Assembly (NCBI GenBank): GCA_001430755.1 | Contig: CP013062.1 | Span: 960,001-992,000, forward strand | From: Candidatus Peribacter riflensis | GTDB lineage: Bacteria; Patescibacteriota; Gracilibacteria; Peribacterales; Peribacteraceae | Reading direction: 5' to 3' | Length of the DNA: 32,000 nucleotides | The notes under the pieces: generated by a model | Databases searched by the model: none | The model's input: the letters and a program-made list of their open reading frames with translations, nothing else | What the model was told of the DNA's origin: nothing | Program-made: the position numbers and the translations under genes | In this document: piece by piece, positions 31,776 through 32,000 of the stretch | Position numbering within the stretch: position 1 is the first letter of the stretch | Layout of the letters: every line of letters starts with the position of its first letter

Positions 31776-32000
31776 TCAGGATGGGAGCACCGCAACACGG
31801 AAGTAATCGGCCAGCACCTCGCGCAAGAGGGTGCGAATCTGGTCCTTGGAGAGGGGCGGAATCTTGGAGGAATCGCTGCGGTCTGCCGAGACACCCTTCA
31901 CCGGAGTCTGCTTCGAGCCGTACGGGGTCAGGATCCTGGGATGCACCACGAACATGTCCTTCTCCTCGGTGGCGCTCTGCGCTTCTTCCGTCGTCATGAG
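31776..32000 (-). CDS. Hypothetical protein, possibly truncated by the window edge
   Basis: The ORF ends 2 nt before the gmd start, suggesting co-transcription. An ATG lies at 31997, but the frame stays open to the window end. No recognisable motif. Confidence 0.35.
   Translation of the reverse strand, partial: LMTTEEAQSATEEKDMFVVHPRILTPYGSKQTPVKGVSADRSDSSKIPPLSKDQIRTLLREVLADYFRVAVLPS

Noticed and set aside
1-32000. An alternative genetic code with UGA recoded.
   Set aside because: TGA terminates several genes exactly where family-typical lengths end (ctp, VanW, the TviB-like dehydrogenase, the SDR). No conserved domain is interrupted by an in-frame TGA.

Overview
GC-rich bacterial chromosomal window read with the standard genetic code. 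I saw no rRNA, CRISPR array, transposase, integrase or phage genes. The lineage cannot be determined from this window. Many compact genes and GC-rich palindromic repeats weakly suggest an uncultivated bacterium. Left part (1-18.7 kb): tightly packed housekeeping genes. These are a TPR protein, an FtsX-like permease, RecO, a short sigma-70-family factor with a near-consensus leaderless promoter, a VanW-like protein, RNase HI, an S41 C-terminal protease, Ndk, an M16 peptidase, a PduO-type cob(I)alamin adenosyltransferase, PheT without PheS, tRNA-Ser(GGA), a lipoprotein, a stand-alone PolX core, a small basic L28-like protein, a 36-aa Cys-rich microprotein, and a PfkB kinase with AhcY. Right part (18.9-32 kb): an envelope glycan cluster. 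It holds Ugd, an orphan ORF, UDP-glucuronate 4-epimerase, a GT-C membrane transferase overlapping a polyprenyl-phosphate GT2, an SDR epimerase/dehydratase, an FAD oxidoreductase, GtrA, a TviB/WbpO-type UDP-HexNAc dehydrogenase, a SAM methyltransferase, a GT4 and Gmd. The most unusual signal is non-genic. Seven loci carry inverted repeats whose arms are 6-8-nt tandem repeats, a G3-tract arm facing a C3-tract arm, including telomere-like GGGTTA units. Most sit exactly on gene boundaries, often fused to stop codons. One sits in frame inside the FAD oxidoreductase gene as four perfect heptamers. A second GC-rich hairpin repeat family (CCCGCC-GAAGCNTC-GGCGGG type) flanks the tRNA and also lies inside that same gene. 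A structured, in-frame 57-codon insertion interrupts the adenosyltransferase gene. A 620-bp non-coding gap (8.27-8.89 kb) holds a multi-stem GC-rich element and an operator-like half-site array. All product calls rest on by-eye motif recognition in the supplied translations. No database search was run.
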